Shown in pieces: positions 23,099 to 32,241 of a stretch of DNA of 64,000 nucleotides; the stretch's first letter is position 1; each line of letters begins with the position of its first letter. Both the position numbers and the translations under genes were made by a program. The notes under the pieces are model-generated. The model worked only from the letters and a program-made list of their open reading frames with translations, did not search any database and was not told the origin of the DNA. This stretch comes from an uncultured Phycisphaerales bacterium (GTDB lineage: Bacteria; Planctomycetota; Phycisphaerae; Sedimentisphaerales; Anaerobacaceae). The DNA lies in assembly GCA_963772725.1 (NCBI GenBank), contig CAVYYI010000001.1, positions 1,024,001-1,088,000 on the forward strand, written 5' to 3'.

Positions 23099-24766
23099 AT
23101 GACCAAAGAAACTGCGAAGGATGTTTTTTTTGAAATAGAGGGTCAGCAGGTGAAAACGCCATTTCGTTTTCACGTATTGGCGGGAGTTATCTGCGTCATT
23201 TTTGCAGGTTACGTATGGATGCTTAATCCGATACCGTATATACACGGTGACCAGATAAATATAGTAACGATGATTCTCTCAAAGGAACATCCGGAAAATT
23301 TTGCCCGTGATACGGCTTTTGGCGGCAAAGCGGCGGACTTCTACCCTCCGCTTGCACGAGGGATAATCAAAATCTTTATCAACAATTTCGGCGTAATCGG
23401 CGGCCATCGTGTGCTTCAGTTTCCGCTGTCGGTGATTTATCTTTTTGTGATGTACGGCGTGCTGTATTACCTGACCCGGTCGGTGCCCGCGTCGCTCTTG
23501 GTAACGTTGGCGTCTTTGATGTGGCGGTGGACGATGGCGGAAACATACTGGGGAATAAGCCGTATGCAGGCCGTTCAGCCGCGAAGTTTCGCGATAATTT
23601 TCATACCGATTTTATTTATCCTGTTCTGGAAATGGCGAGACGACTGGAAGCTGCTCATCCCCGCTTTTGTCACCGGCCTGCTGTTCAATATCAATCCCCC
23701 CACCGCGATGGCGTTCGCTTTATTAATATGGGCATCTTTACTTATCATAAATTTTCGTTCCCGCGACAGGATTATCAAATTATTCGTTGCGGGTTTTGCT
23801 CTTATTCTCGGCGCCGCGCCGTTTCTTTACACAACTGCGGCGATACGTCACAGGATAACAGCGGCGTTGACACCGCAGGAAATGCAGGCACATCTGGCAA
23901 ATATCAATTACGTGTTCAATTATCTTTCGTATAAAATTCGGCCCGAAATGCTCGGAAAGGCTTTGTATCTCGGTTTTACCCCCCTGCTGTTTCTTGCGGC
24001 CATCGCGTGGTGCAAACGAAAAGAAAAACGCAGTCTATTCGACGGGTGGATGGTTTGGTTTACCGTGCTGGCGTTTGCAGGCACAGTTATTTTACAGTTT
24101 TCAATTCAGGGAATATGTGAATATTTAAAAATAGAGCCATTTACTCCAAATATTATACGAGGCCAGACTTTTGTGTATCTTGTTCTTTATATTTATATCG
24201 CCTGGCTTTTGGCGGAATTATTCAGAAGATTCGCCTTTAAGGAAAAGGCCGTCCTGATTACGGTTTGCGCCATAGTAATCGCTGTTATGCCGGTTTTCGG
24301 TAATGGCAAGGAGCAATCCCAGTCATCCTCTCCTTTTGCGCAATGGGATTACAACACGCAGGAAAAAGATGCCCTGTTTCGCGGGGAGAAGATAGAAATG
24401 GCGGGCTGGTTTATGTATATGGATAAGCTATGCCAATGGGCGAAACAGAAAACGCCTGCGAACTCGTTGTTCTTGTTTGCCGATAAGTTTATGGACCCGT
24501 TTCGGATATATGCTCAGCGAAGCATGGTAATTTCACAAATCAGCGGCGGTGTGGCGCATTTCAACGGACCAAGAGTTCTGGCTAAATGGGTTGATTATGA
24601 ACAGCAGATAGATGAAATTATGGGCACAAAGAGCGCGTCTCTGCTGCTGAAACTGGCCAATGACTCCAAGGCCGATTATATAGTTACCGCTAATGATTTT
24701 CCCGAGGTAACAGGCTGGACAACGGTGTATCGCGATCCTTATTGGAGAGTTTATAAGAGGTCGTAA
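23099..24766 (+). CDS. Polytopic membrane protein, GT-C-like / DUF6798-like
   Basis: About 11 TM segments; first loop GDQ..HPENFARD; C-terminal WAKQKTPANSLF, FRIYAQRS, ADYIV soluble domain. Confidence 0.6.
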   Translation: MTKETAKDVFFEIEGQQVKTPFRFHVLAGVICVIFAGYVWMLNPIPYIHGDQINIVTMILSKEHPENFARDTAFGGKAADFYPPLARGIIKIFINNFGVIGGHRVLQFPLSVIYLFVMYGVLYYLTRSVPASLLVTLASLMWRWTMAETYWGISRMQAVQPRSFAIIFIPILFILFWKWRDDWKLLIPAFVTGLLFNINPPTAMAFALLIWASLLIINFRSRDRIIKLFVAGFALILGAAPFLYTTAAIRHRITAALTPQEMQAHLANINYVFNYLSYKIRPEMLGKALYLGFTPLLFLAAIAWCKRKEKRSLFDGWMVWFTVLAFAGTVILQFSIQGICEYLKIEPFTPNIIRGQTFVYLVLYIYIAWLLAELFRRFAFKEKAVLITVCAIVIAVMPVFGNGKEQSQSSSPFAQWDYNTQEKDALFRGEKIEMAGWFMYMDKLCQWAKQKTPANSLFLFADKFMDPFRIYAQRSMVISQISGGVAHFNGPRVLAKWVDYEQQIDEIMGTKSASLLLKLANDSKADYIVTANDFPEVTGWTTVYRDPYWRVYKRS

Positions 24767-24777
24767 TAATAGCAAAT

Positions 24778-25722
24778 ATGAAATTTCATCATCTGCAAAA
24801 AACCTGGTTATGGCATCTTATAGGCCCGGCAGTTGTGATTGCGGCAATTTACTGGGCTGGCCCAGCCAAAGTCTGGCAAATTTTGTCAGGAGTTGATATC
24901 CGATTTTTTGCCATGGCCGCCTGTGCAGCTATTCCTATCGCTGTCATCAAGGGCATCCGCTGGAAAATTCTTCTGAATGGTTACAATATTGATATTACTC
25001 TCGGCGAAAGTATTTCAATGTACACCATCGGGTCGGTGCTGTCGGTTGTAACGCCCGGTCATGTCGGAGATATGGTAAAGATTCTTCCGCTGATTAAAAG
25101 AGGCTGCGGTATCGCAAAAGCTATCGCGTCAAATATCATTGACCGTCTTTTCGATGTTGTGTTCATTCTGCTTGCCGGCTATATCGCCATGCTCTATTTC
25201 TCGCAGTATTTCACATACCAGTTAAAAATTATTAATATCATTGCGGCCGGTGTCATAGTCGTTTCTATCATAATCGCTTTAAAGCGGCACCTGCTGAAAA
25301 ACCTGGCACTTAAGCTCGTTCCATCACAATTCCATTCGACCGCGAAAGACTCCTGGGGTGAAATCACGGGTGTTTTGAAAAAAAAGCACATAGGCCGGCT
25401 TCTGGTAATCGCGATTTTAACCATTCTGTATTACCTGCTGCATTTCACCGCTATTTATCTCTGCGGCATGGCTCTAAGCATTAAAGCGTCTTTCATCTTT
25501 CTCAGTGCCTGTGCCGCTGTCTCAACTATTTTATCCCTGCTGCCGATAACAGTCGCCGGTGTCGGAACAAGAGACGCCGTATTTATTCTTTTGTTGAGCC
25601 AGCTCGGAATTGAAAAACAGCAAAGCCTTGCGCTTTCCAGCCTTATACTCGTGCTTTTTCTGACCAATTGCGGCCTGTTTTACATCATCTCTGTCATCTT
25701 CGGCCATCGCAAGTTACGTTAA
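24778..25722 (+). CDS. Lysylphosphatidylglycerol synthase TM-region / flippase-like protein (UPF0104)
   Basis: RWKILL, TPGHVGDMVK, IIDRLFDV, LPITVAGVGTRDA motifs. Confidence 0.88.
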   Translation: MKFHHLQKTWLWHLIGPAVVIAAIYWAGPAKVWQILSGVDIRFFAMAACAAIPIAVIKGIRWKILLNGYNIDITLGESISMYTIGSVLSVVTPGHVGDMVKILPLIKRGCGIAKAIASNIIDRLFDVVFILLAGYIAMLYFSQYFTYQLKIINIIAAGVIVVSIIIALKRHLLKNLALKLVPSQFHSTAKDSWGEITGVLKKKHIGRLLVIAILTILYYLLHFTAIYLCGMALSIKASFIFLSACAAVSTILSLLPITVAGVGTRDAVFILLLSQLGIEKQQSLALSSLILVLFLTNCGLFYIISVIFGHRKLR

Positions 25723-25838
25723 TCTTGTTTACATTGCACATTTTTTATAAACACAAGTATTACTGAAATGTTATAATCAGGTCTTTGAAAACAATATAAG
25801 ACATTAAGGAAGGCAAGATAGTTGAGAAAAAGGTAAAT

Positions 25839-27059
25839 ATGATTAACAGAAGAAATTTTTTGAAAACATTGGGTGCAGCCGGTTTAGGTTCCGCAGCCGC
25901 GGCAATCAATGCTAATGCCGAGCCAAATGAACCGAATTCCGCTGAAAAAACCGCTGCCAAATTGCCGCAGGTCCCGCGGCGGAAACTCGGCAAAACAGGC
26001 GTCGATGTCCCGGTATTATCACTGGGCGGTGATTTCAGTTTTCTCGACAAACAGATTGTTCTAAGAAAAACCCTCGACTGGGGTGTAAATTACTGGGAGA
26101 CAGCTTCCAAATACGCCAATGGAAACGCTGAACTCGGTATGGGCGAGTATATCGGCAAAAATCCAGATGTGCGAAAGAACCTGTTCCTGGTTACAAAGGC
26201 ATCTATTTTTGGCGAGCCGATAACCGTTGAGAAAATTGAACAGCGTCTTCAAAACTCTCTGAAAAGATTAAAGACCGATTACATCGACTTATATTACGGA
26301 ATCCATTGTCTGGCAGACCCGTCGCAGCTTAACGACGATATAAGAAAATGGGCCGAAAGCGCCAAGAAGCGAAAACTTATACGATTCTTCGGATTCAGCA
26401 CACACAAGAATATGCAGCAGCATCTTATGGCTGCGTCGAAACTTGACTGGATTGACGCGATAATGACCACCTTCAATTTCCGGCTCGTCAATGATAAAGA
26501 TATGCTCGAAGCGATTGACGCCTGCAATAAGGCTGGTATAGGTCTTGTCGCGATGAAGACACAGGGCAAAGGCGTAAATATTGAGGAAGTTAAAAAAGTC
26601 GCCAACCATTTTCTCGAAAAAGGATTTACCGAGGGTCAGGCAAAAATAAAAATCCTCCTCGAAAATAAAGCAATCAGCTCCGTCTGTGTCGGAATGCAGA
26701 ATATCGCCCTTCTTACAACCAATGTCGCGGCGGTACTTGATAACACGAAATTATCCATGCAGGATTACGAGGTATTTAATGAATATGCCAGGGCAACATG
26801 CAGCGGCTACTGTACAGGCTGCGCACAAATATGCGAGTCGGCTTTACCGCAGGCCCCTTACGTCAGCGATATAATGCGATACCTGATGTACCATAACAGC
26901 TACGGCGACAGGGATAGGGCAAGGGAACTTTTCGCTGAAATACCGGCGGAAATAAGAGACTGCCTGCTGAAAATAGATTACAGGCAGGCTGAAGCCCTTT
27001 GCCCGCAGCGTATGCCTATCGCGAGGTTGATGGCTGAGGCGGCACAAAAGCTGGCATAA
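25839..27059 (+). CDS. Tat-signal aldo/keto reductase with C-terminal Fe-S motif (copy 1)
   Basis: NRRNFLK twin-arginine signal; VPRRKLGKTG, SLKRLKTDYIDLY, FGFSTH, GLVAMK; CSGYCTGCAQIC...CPQ. Confidence 0.9.
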   Translation: MINRRNFLKTLGAAGLGSAAAAINANAEPNEPNSAEKTAAKLPQVPRRKLGKTGVDVPVLSLGGDFSFLDKQIVLRKTLDWGVNYWETASKYANGNAELGMGEYIGKNPDVRKNLFLVTKASIFGEPITVEKIEQRLQNSLKRLKTDYIDLYYGIHCLADPSQLNDDIRKWAESAKKRKLIRFFGFSTHKNMQQHLMAASKLDWIDAIMTTFNFRLVNDKDMLEAIDACNKAGIGLVAMKTQGKGVNIEEVKKVANHFLEKGFTEGQAKIKILLENKAISSVCVGMQNIALLTTNVAAVLDNTKLSMQDYEVFNEYARATCSGYCTGCAQICESALPQAPYVSDIMRYLMYHNSYGDRDRARELFAEIPAEIRDCLLKIDYRQAEALCPQRMPIARLMAEAAQKLA

Positions 27060-27165
27060 AATTTTTTTGAACAAAAAACAGCGTTAATGGTATAATGTGT
27101 AAGTCGTTTGAAATGCCAGAGTATATTGGTTTATTGATAATTTATAGGAGGCAAAAGTCGTGAAT

Positions 27166-28416
27166 ATGAATACAAACACAACTAACAGCAGAAGGAATTT
27201 TCTGAAAACATTGGGCGCCGTTGGTCTGGGGTCGGTTGCGGCATCCGTGGCGCACGCTAAGCCAAACGAACCTAACTCTGTTGAACCAAATGATGCGGTA
27301 AAAACAAATCCTAAAGCCGCATCTGTGCCGAGACGCAAATTAGGCAAAACAGGAGTGGATGTTCCGGTTCTGTCCTTCGGAGCGATGTTCAATATTCTCG
27401 ATAATCAAATATGTCTGAGAAGCTGTTTGAAATGGGGCGTTGACTACTGGGACACCGCAAAGGGTTACGCTAATGGAAACAGCGAACTTGGAATCGGTCA
27501 ATATATTTCAAAAGACCCCCAAATCAGAAAAAATCTGTTTATCGTAACCAAGGCATCAGGAGTAAAAGATGGTAATAAGGATGAACTGGATGCCGCGCTT
27601 AAAGTTTCTTTAGACAGAATGCAGACTGATTATGTTGACCTCTATTATGGAATACACGGGCTGGATAATCCCGCACTGCTAAATGACAACCTAAAGGCGT
27701 GGGCGGAGAAGGCCAAAAAAGAAAAAAAGATTCGGTTCTTCGGATTCAGCACGCATAAAAACATACCGGAATGCCTTATGGCTGCATCAAAGCTTGACTG
27801 GATTGATGTGATAATGCCCAGCTATAATATTACCCTGATGCAAAAAAATGACATGAAAGAGGCAGTCGAGGCCTGCCACAAAAAAGGTATCGGGCTTATC
27901 GCTATGAAAGTCATCAATGGAGTCTCGAAAATAAATAATAAAGAAGAAGAAAAACTTATAAGCCATTTCATTGAAAAAGGCTTCACAGACGGTCAGGCAA
28001 AAATAAAAGCTGTCGTGGCGGATGAGAGGTTTGCTTCCGCGTGTGTAAGAATGCAAAACGTGACGCAGATAACCTCGAATGTCGCGGCGGTTCTTGATAA
28101 GACAAAACTCACCAAACTGGATATGCAGGTTATAAAACAATACGTGGCGGCAACGTGCAGCGGTTATTGTGCCGGTTGTGCCGCGATTTGCGATAATGCT
28201 CTGCCGCAGACACCTTACGTAAGTGACATTATGAGATACCTGATGTATTACAACAGTTATGGTGACATGGAAACCGCACGGCAGATGTTCGCGGAAATTC
28301 CAGCCGAGATAAGAAACAATCTTCTGAAAGTTGATTACGGTCCGGCGGAAAGCCGTTGCCCCCACAGAATGCCTATCGCGCAGTTAATGGCTGAGGCGGT
28401 AAGCAAACTCGCCTAA
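27166..28416 (+). CDS. Tat-signal aldo/keto reductase with C-terminal Fe-S motif (copy 2, tandem paralog)
   Basis: SRRNFLK; WDTAKGY; FGFSTH; CSGYCAGCAAIC...CPH; collinear with copy 1; AGGAGG SD (GTG 27160 or ATG 27166). Confidence 0.9.
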   Translation: MNTNTTNSRRNFLKTLGAVGLGSVAASVAHAKPNEPNSVEPNDAVKTNPKAASVPRRKLGKTGVDVPVLSFGAMFNILDNQICLRSCLKWGVDYWDTAKGYANGNSELGIGQYISKDPQIRKNLFIVTKASGVKDGNKDELDAALKVSLDRMQTDYVDLYYGIHGLDNPALLNDNLKAWAEKAKKEKKIRFFGFSTHKNIPECLMAASKLDWIDVIMPSYNITLMQKNDMKEAVEACHKKGIGLIAMKVINGVSKINNKEEEKLISHFIEKGFTDGQAKIKAVVADERFASACVRMQNVTQITSNVAAVLDKTKLTKLDMQVIKQYVAATCSGYCAGCAAICDNALPQTPYVSDIMRYLMYYNSYGDMETARQMFAEIPAEIRNNLLKVDYGPAESRCPHRMPIAQLMAEAVSKLA

Positions 28417-28506
28417 GACTTAAATATTTTCGCCAAAAATTTTGCCCGTCTTGCTGACGTAACGCCTTTATTTATAAGCTGTTACACTGGCAAGGCAGAT
28501 ATTTTC

Positions 28507-28536
28507 TTGACTTGGTACGCGAGATTTGTGTATAAT
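28507..28536 (+). promoter_or_regulatory. Sigma70-type promoter
   Basis: TTGACT-N18-TATAAT. Confidence 0.6.
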
Positions 28537-28582
28537 TACATCATAAGAGAAAAAATTATTAGAAGTATTGTTCGGTGCGGTG

Positions 28583-28678
28583 ATGACGAAATTGTATTAC
28601 GAGATGTGGTTGCCTTTTACGGTTAATAAAAAAAGGATTTTGATTTTAGCGATTGCGAGCTATATAGCTATGTGTTGA
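28583..28678 (+). CDS. Candidate 31-aa small protein MTKLYYEMWLPFTVNKKRILILAIASYIAMC (or sRNA)
   Basis: ATG..TGA read by hand between a promoter and a terminator; weak SD (GCGGTG). Confidence 0.3.
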   Translation: MTKLYYEMWLPFTVNKKRILILAIASYIAMC

Positions 28679-28716
28679 TATGGCTTCGGAAGGGGAAAAA
28701 GGATGCGTTTCTTTTT

Positions 28717-28747
28717 AGCCGTTCAGAAAATTCTGGGCGGTTTTTTT
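28717..28747 (+). terminator. Intrinsic terminator
   Basis: AGCCGTTCAGAA-AA-TTCTGGGCGGTT stem (with G-U pairs) running into a T7 tract. Confidence 0.75.
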
Positions 28748-28773
28748 ATGCGCCGATACAATCGGTAAATTGT

Positions 28774-28802
28774 TTGACACATTCGGGGCGGTAACTTAAG
28801 CT
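28774..28802 (+). promoter_or_regulatory. Sigma70-type promoter for rfaD
   Basis: TTGACA-N17-TAAGCT. Confidence 0.5.
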
Positions 28803-28859
28803 TATGGCACAAAATGATTTGAAAATTGGAAAATTGGCGGTTATCGGGAAAATCTGCAA

Positions 28860-29839
28860 ATGATAATAGTTACCGGCGGCGCAGGATTTATTGGTTCGGC
28901 AATAACAGCGGCTCTTAACAAAAGAAGCATCCGCGATATTCTTATCGTTGATGAACTGCTTTGTGATGAGAAATGGAAAAATCTTCGTAATCTTTCATTC
29001 TCTGATTATATTGAGAAGAACGATTTTCTAAAAGCCGTCCTCGACAAAAAAATCTCTGATAAAAAAGTAGAAACGGTCTTTCATCTGGCGCCTGCTCAAG
29101 CACTACCGAGACAAACGCTTCATATCTGATAAAAAATAATTACGAATATACAAAAACACTGGCTCAATGGGCAGTTGCCGAAAATATCCGTTTTATTTAT
29201 GCCTCCAGCGCGGCAACTTACGGCGGCGGAGAAAAAGGGTTCTGTGATGACGAAGGAAAAATCGAAGAGCTGACCCCGATGAATATGTACGGATATTCCA
29301 AGCAGTTATTCGACCTCTGGGCAAAACAGAACGGTCTGCTGAAAAAAATCGCAGGGCTTAAATACTTCAATGTTTTCGGCCCGAACGAGTATCATAAAGC
29401 TGATATGCGAAGTTTTGTACTCAAAGCCTTCGAGCAGATAACCGCGACCGGCAAAGTTCGGCTGTTCAAGTCACACAATCCTGGTTATGCCGATGGCGAA
29501 TATGTTCGTGATTTTATTTATGTTAAAGACGCGGTCGATATGACTCTTTTCTTTTTGGATAATCCAAATGTCAACGGCCTGTTTAACCTCGGCACAGGCA
29601 AGGCCAGGTCATGGAACGATTTGCTCAAAGCGGTGTTCGCGGCAATGAACAAAACACCAAATATTGAATACATACCAATGCCCGATTCAATTCGCAATCA
29701 GTACCAGTATTTCACCCAGGCGGATATGATAAAACTCCATAAATCCGGATACACCAAAAAGACTACTTCGCTTGAAGATGCAATAAAAGATTATGTCCAA
29801 AACTATCTGCAAAAGAAAGAGTATCTATCCTCCGTTTAA
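28860..29839 (+). CDS. rfaD: ADP-L-glycero-D-manno-heptose 6-epimerase (frameshift near 29087)
   Basis: IVTGGAGFIGS, HL(G)ACSSTTE restored by one G, YASSAATYG, PMNMYGYSK, GLKYFNVFGPNEYHK, RDFIYVKD. Confidence 0.93.
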
Positions 29840-29942
29840 TTTCAAAATATCATTTCTTATTAGCAAAGACGATTATTGCTTGTATAAGAAACATTTCTTA
29901 TAATACGTTTTTTTATAATGCTGAATTAACAGAGAAAAACCT

Positions 29943-31151
29943 ATGACGGACAAAATAGCTGAACAGATTCAATTTTTGAAACGCGGAACGGTAGAGGTTT
30001 TTACCGAGGCGGAACTGGCCGAAAAACTTGCTGTCGCCGCAAAAAAAGGCGAACAGTTGAGGATAAAACTCGGCCTCGACCCGACAAGTCCGGATATACA
30101 TCTCGGCCACACGGTGGTATTACGAAAAATGCGACAGTTCCAGGATTTGGGCCACAAGGCGGTTCTCATTATAGGCGATTATACGGCTCGTATCGGAGAC
30201 CCGACGGGACAGAATACCGCTCGGCCTATGCTCACCGCCGAACAGATTAAGGAAAACGCCAAAACTTATTTCAGGCAGGCAGGTAAAATTCTCGATACAT
30301 CCGCCGATAAACTCGAAGTGCGATACAACAGCGAATGGCTCGAAAAAATGACCCTTATGGAGCTTATTCACCTTGCCGCTAAAAAAACGGTCGCTCAAAT
30401 GCTGCAACGCGACAGTTTCAAATTGCGGCTTGCCAACAATATCGACGTCTATACCCACGAGTTTATCTATCCGCTGATGCAGGGCTATGACTCAGCCGTC
30501 ATTAAAAGCGACGTCGAACTGGGCGGCACCGACCAGACATTCAATAATCTTGTCGGCAGAGATATTCAGCGGGCTTATGGACAGCCGTCTCAGGTGGTAA
30601 TTACAATGCCAATCCTCGTCGGACTGGACGGCAAAGATAAGATGAGCAAATCCAAAGGCAACTATATCGGCGTAACCGATGAGCCGAAAGATATGTTCGG
30701 AAAGATTATGAGTATATCCGATGAGATGATGGAAAATTACTTTACCCTGCTGACGGATTTGCCGACAGGGAAAATCGCCGAGCTTGTAAATTCCGATAAG
30801 ACGCACCCCAAGCAGGCAAAAGTTCTGCTGGGCAAAATGATTGTAACACAGTTTTATGACGAAGCGACTGCGCAATCGGCGGCGGCGGAGTTTGACAAAA
30901 TTTTCGCACAGGGCCAGCTTCCCGAAAATATGCCCATAGTTGAAATGGATGCCGCGCCTGTTATGGCCAGCAAACTTATCGTAAACTGCAAACTCGTTCC
31001 CAGCGGCAGCGAGGCTAAACGAATGATAACCCAGTCCGCTGTTAGTATTAATGGCAGCAAAATCAGCGACCCAAATGAACAGATTACCCCGGCTGATGGT
31101 ATGATTATTCAGGTCGGAAAAAGAAGATTTGCGAAATTAAAAATAAGTTAG
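29943..31151 (+). CDS. tyrS: Tyrosine--tRNA ligase
   Basis: KLGLDPTSPDIHLGH, YPLMQGYDS, ELGGTDQTFN, KMSKS, C-terminal S4 domain. Confidence 0.97.
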   Translation: MTDKIAEQIQFLKRGTVEVFTEAELAEKLAVAAKKGEQLRIKLGLDPTSPDIHLGHTVVLRKMRQFQDLGHKAVLIIGDYTARIGDPTGQNTARPMLTAEQIKENAKTYFRQAGKILDTSADKLEVRYNSEWLEKMTLMELIHLAAKKTVAQMLQRDSFKLRLANNIDVYTHEFIYPLMQGYDSAVIKSDVELGGTDQTFNNLVGRDIQRAYGQPSQVVITMPILVGLDGKDKMSKSKGNYIGVTDEPKDMFGKIMSISDEMMENYFTLLTDLPTGKIAELVNSDKTHPKQAKVLLGKMIVTQFYDEATAQSAAAEFDKIFAQGQLPENMPIVEMDAAPVMASKLIVNCKLVPSGSEAKRMITQSAVSINGSKISDPNEQITPADGMIIQVGKRRFAKLKIS

Positions 31152-31179
31152 CACTTCAAAGGTATTTTACTGGTATAAT

Positions 31180-31419
31180 ATGGAGTACAATTTTACAAGA
31201 TATTTTGAAAATGACGTTTTGCGAAAACGCCCTTATATCAAAAAACAATGGTGCATAGAAATTATAGAAAATCCGATTAAAATGGAACGGCAGGAAAACA
31301 ACAGGTTCAGGTACTGGGGAAAAATCGCAGAATTCGAAGATAGAATATTGCGTGTGGTAACGTTAGACGATAAGCTGACGATACATAACGCCTTTTTTGA
31401 TAGGAGCTTTAAATTATGA
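31180..31419 (+). CDS. Putative RelE/BrnT-like toxin
   Basis: 79-aa basic protein with RILRVV..TIHNAFFDR; overlaps the DUF2283 gene by 4 nt. Confidence 0.6.
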   Translation: MEYNFTRYFENDVLRKRPYIKKQWCIEIIENPIKMERQENNRFRYWGKIAEFEDRILRVVTLDDKLTIHNAFFDRSFKL

Positions 31420-31631
31420 AACTGAATTACTATCCGGAAACAGATTCGTTATATATCGACCTTGCTGAAAGGAACAGCGTTGAAAGCAAAGAGGTGTCGG
31501 AGGGCGTGGTATTGGATTATGACGAAAAAGGCAATCTTGTGGGAATTGACATTGATAACGCCAGTAAAAAGCTGTCTCTTCAAACGCTTACTCTTATAAA
31601 ACTGCCTTCGGAAGTTAAATTAACCGCATAA
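31416..31631 (+). CDS. DUF2283 family protein (putative antitoxin)
   Basis: YYPETDSLYI..VVLDYDEKGNLVGIDI DUF2283 pattern. Confidence 0.85.
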   Translation: MKLNYYPETDSLYIDLAERNSVESKEVSEGVVLDYDEKGNLVGIDIDNASKKLSLQTLTLIKLPSEVKLTA

Positions 31632-31657
31632 ATTTTTGTTGTTCGGTATTAGACATT

Positions 31658-32239
31658 ATGAAACTGCCAAAACTTGAAAATAGCGAAAAGTATGTCGGGC
31701 TGTATGTAGTCGATTTCGGCGAGCAGGCGGGCGTCGGTTTTACCGCCGAGGAAGTCGCCGAACTTCTTGACAGCGAAAAATATAAAGACTGCAAAGTTTA
31801 TAAAATCCACAAGGCCTATCCCAACGGCTGTATCGAACTCAAAGGCGTCCAGTCGCAAACTTTCCAGCTTGAGATGGCGATGCTCTTTTACGCGAACGAC
31901 GCCAAGACCGCAAAGGGTGATTTCAAAAGGCTCGTCAGCCTCGCCGTGCGAATCGCCCCCCCCTGCCGCGCAAAACTGCATCTGGCTAAATACAGCGATA
32001 CTAAATTAGCGACGGTTATAATCTATCCCGCGGAATACAACGATGAGGTCAGTTCGTGGCTTTTAGATGGCCAGTACCGCACCGCCGGCACAGCCGAAGG
32101 CGGCGTTGAAGCCGCTCAGAGATATTACAATGATAACCCGGAGGTTCTCGAACGCCACCAGCTATTTGGCCGCAACCAAATTGAATCCAGAACAGGACAG
32201 GAACTTTTGGCAAATTTAAAGTTCACTGTACAGAGATAA
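31658..32239 (+). CDS. Hypothetical protein
   Basis: 193-aa ORF with ordinary soluble-protein composition; no family recognised. Confidence 0.7.
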   Translation: MKLPKLENSEKYVGLYVVDFGEQAGVGFTAEEVAELLDSEKYKDCKVYKIHKAYPNGCIELKGVQSQTFQLEMAMLFYANDAKTAKGDFKRLVSLAVRIAPPCRAKLHLAKYSDTKLATVIIYPAEYNDEVSSWLLDGQYRTAGTAEGGVEAAQRYYNDNPEVLERHQLFGRNQIESRTGQELLANLKFTVQR

Positions 32240-32241
32240 TA

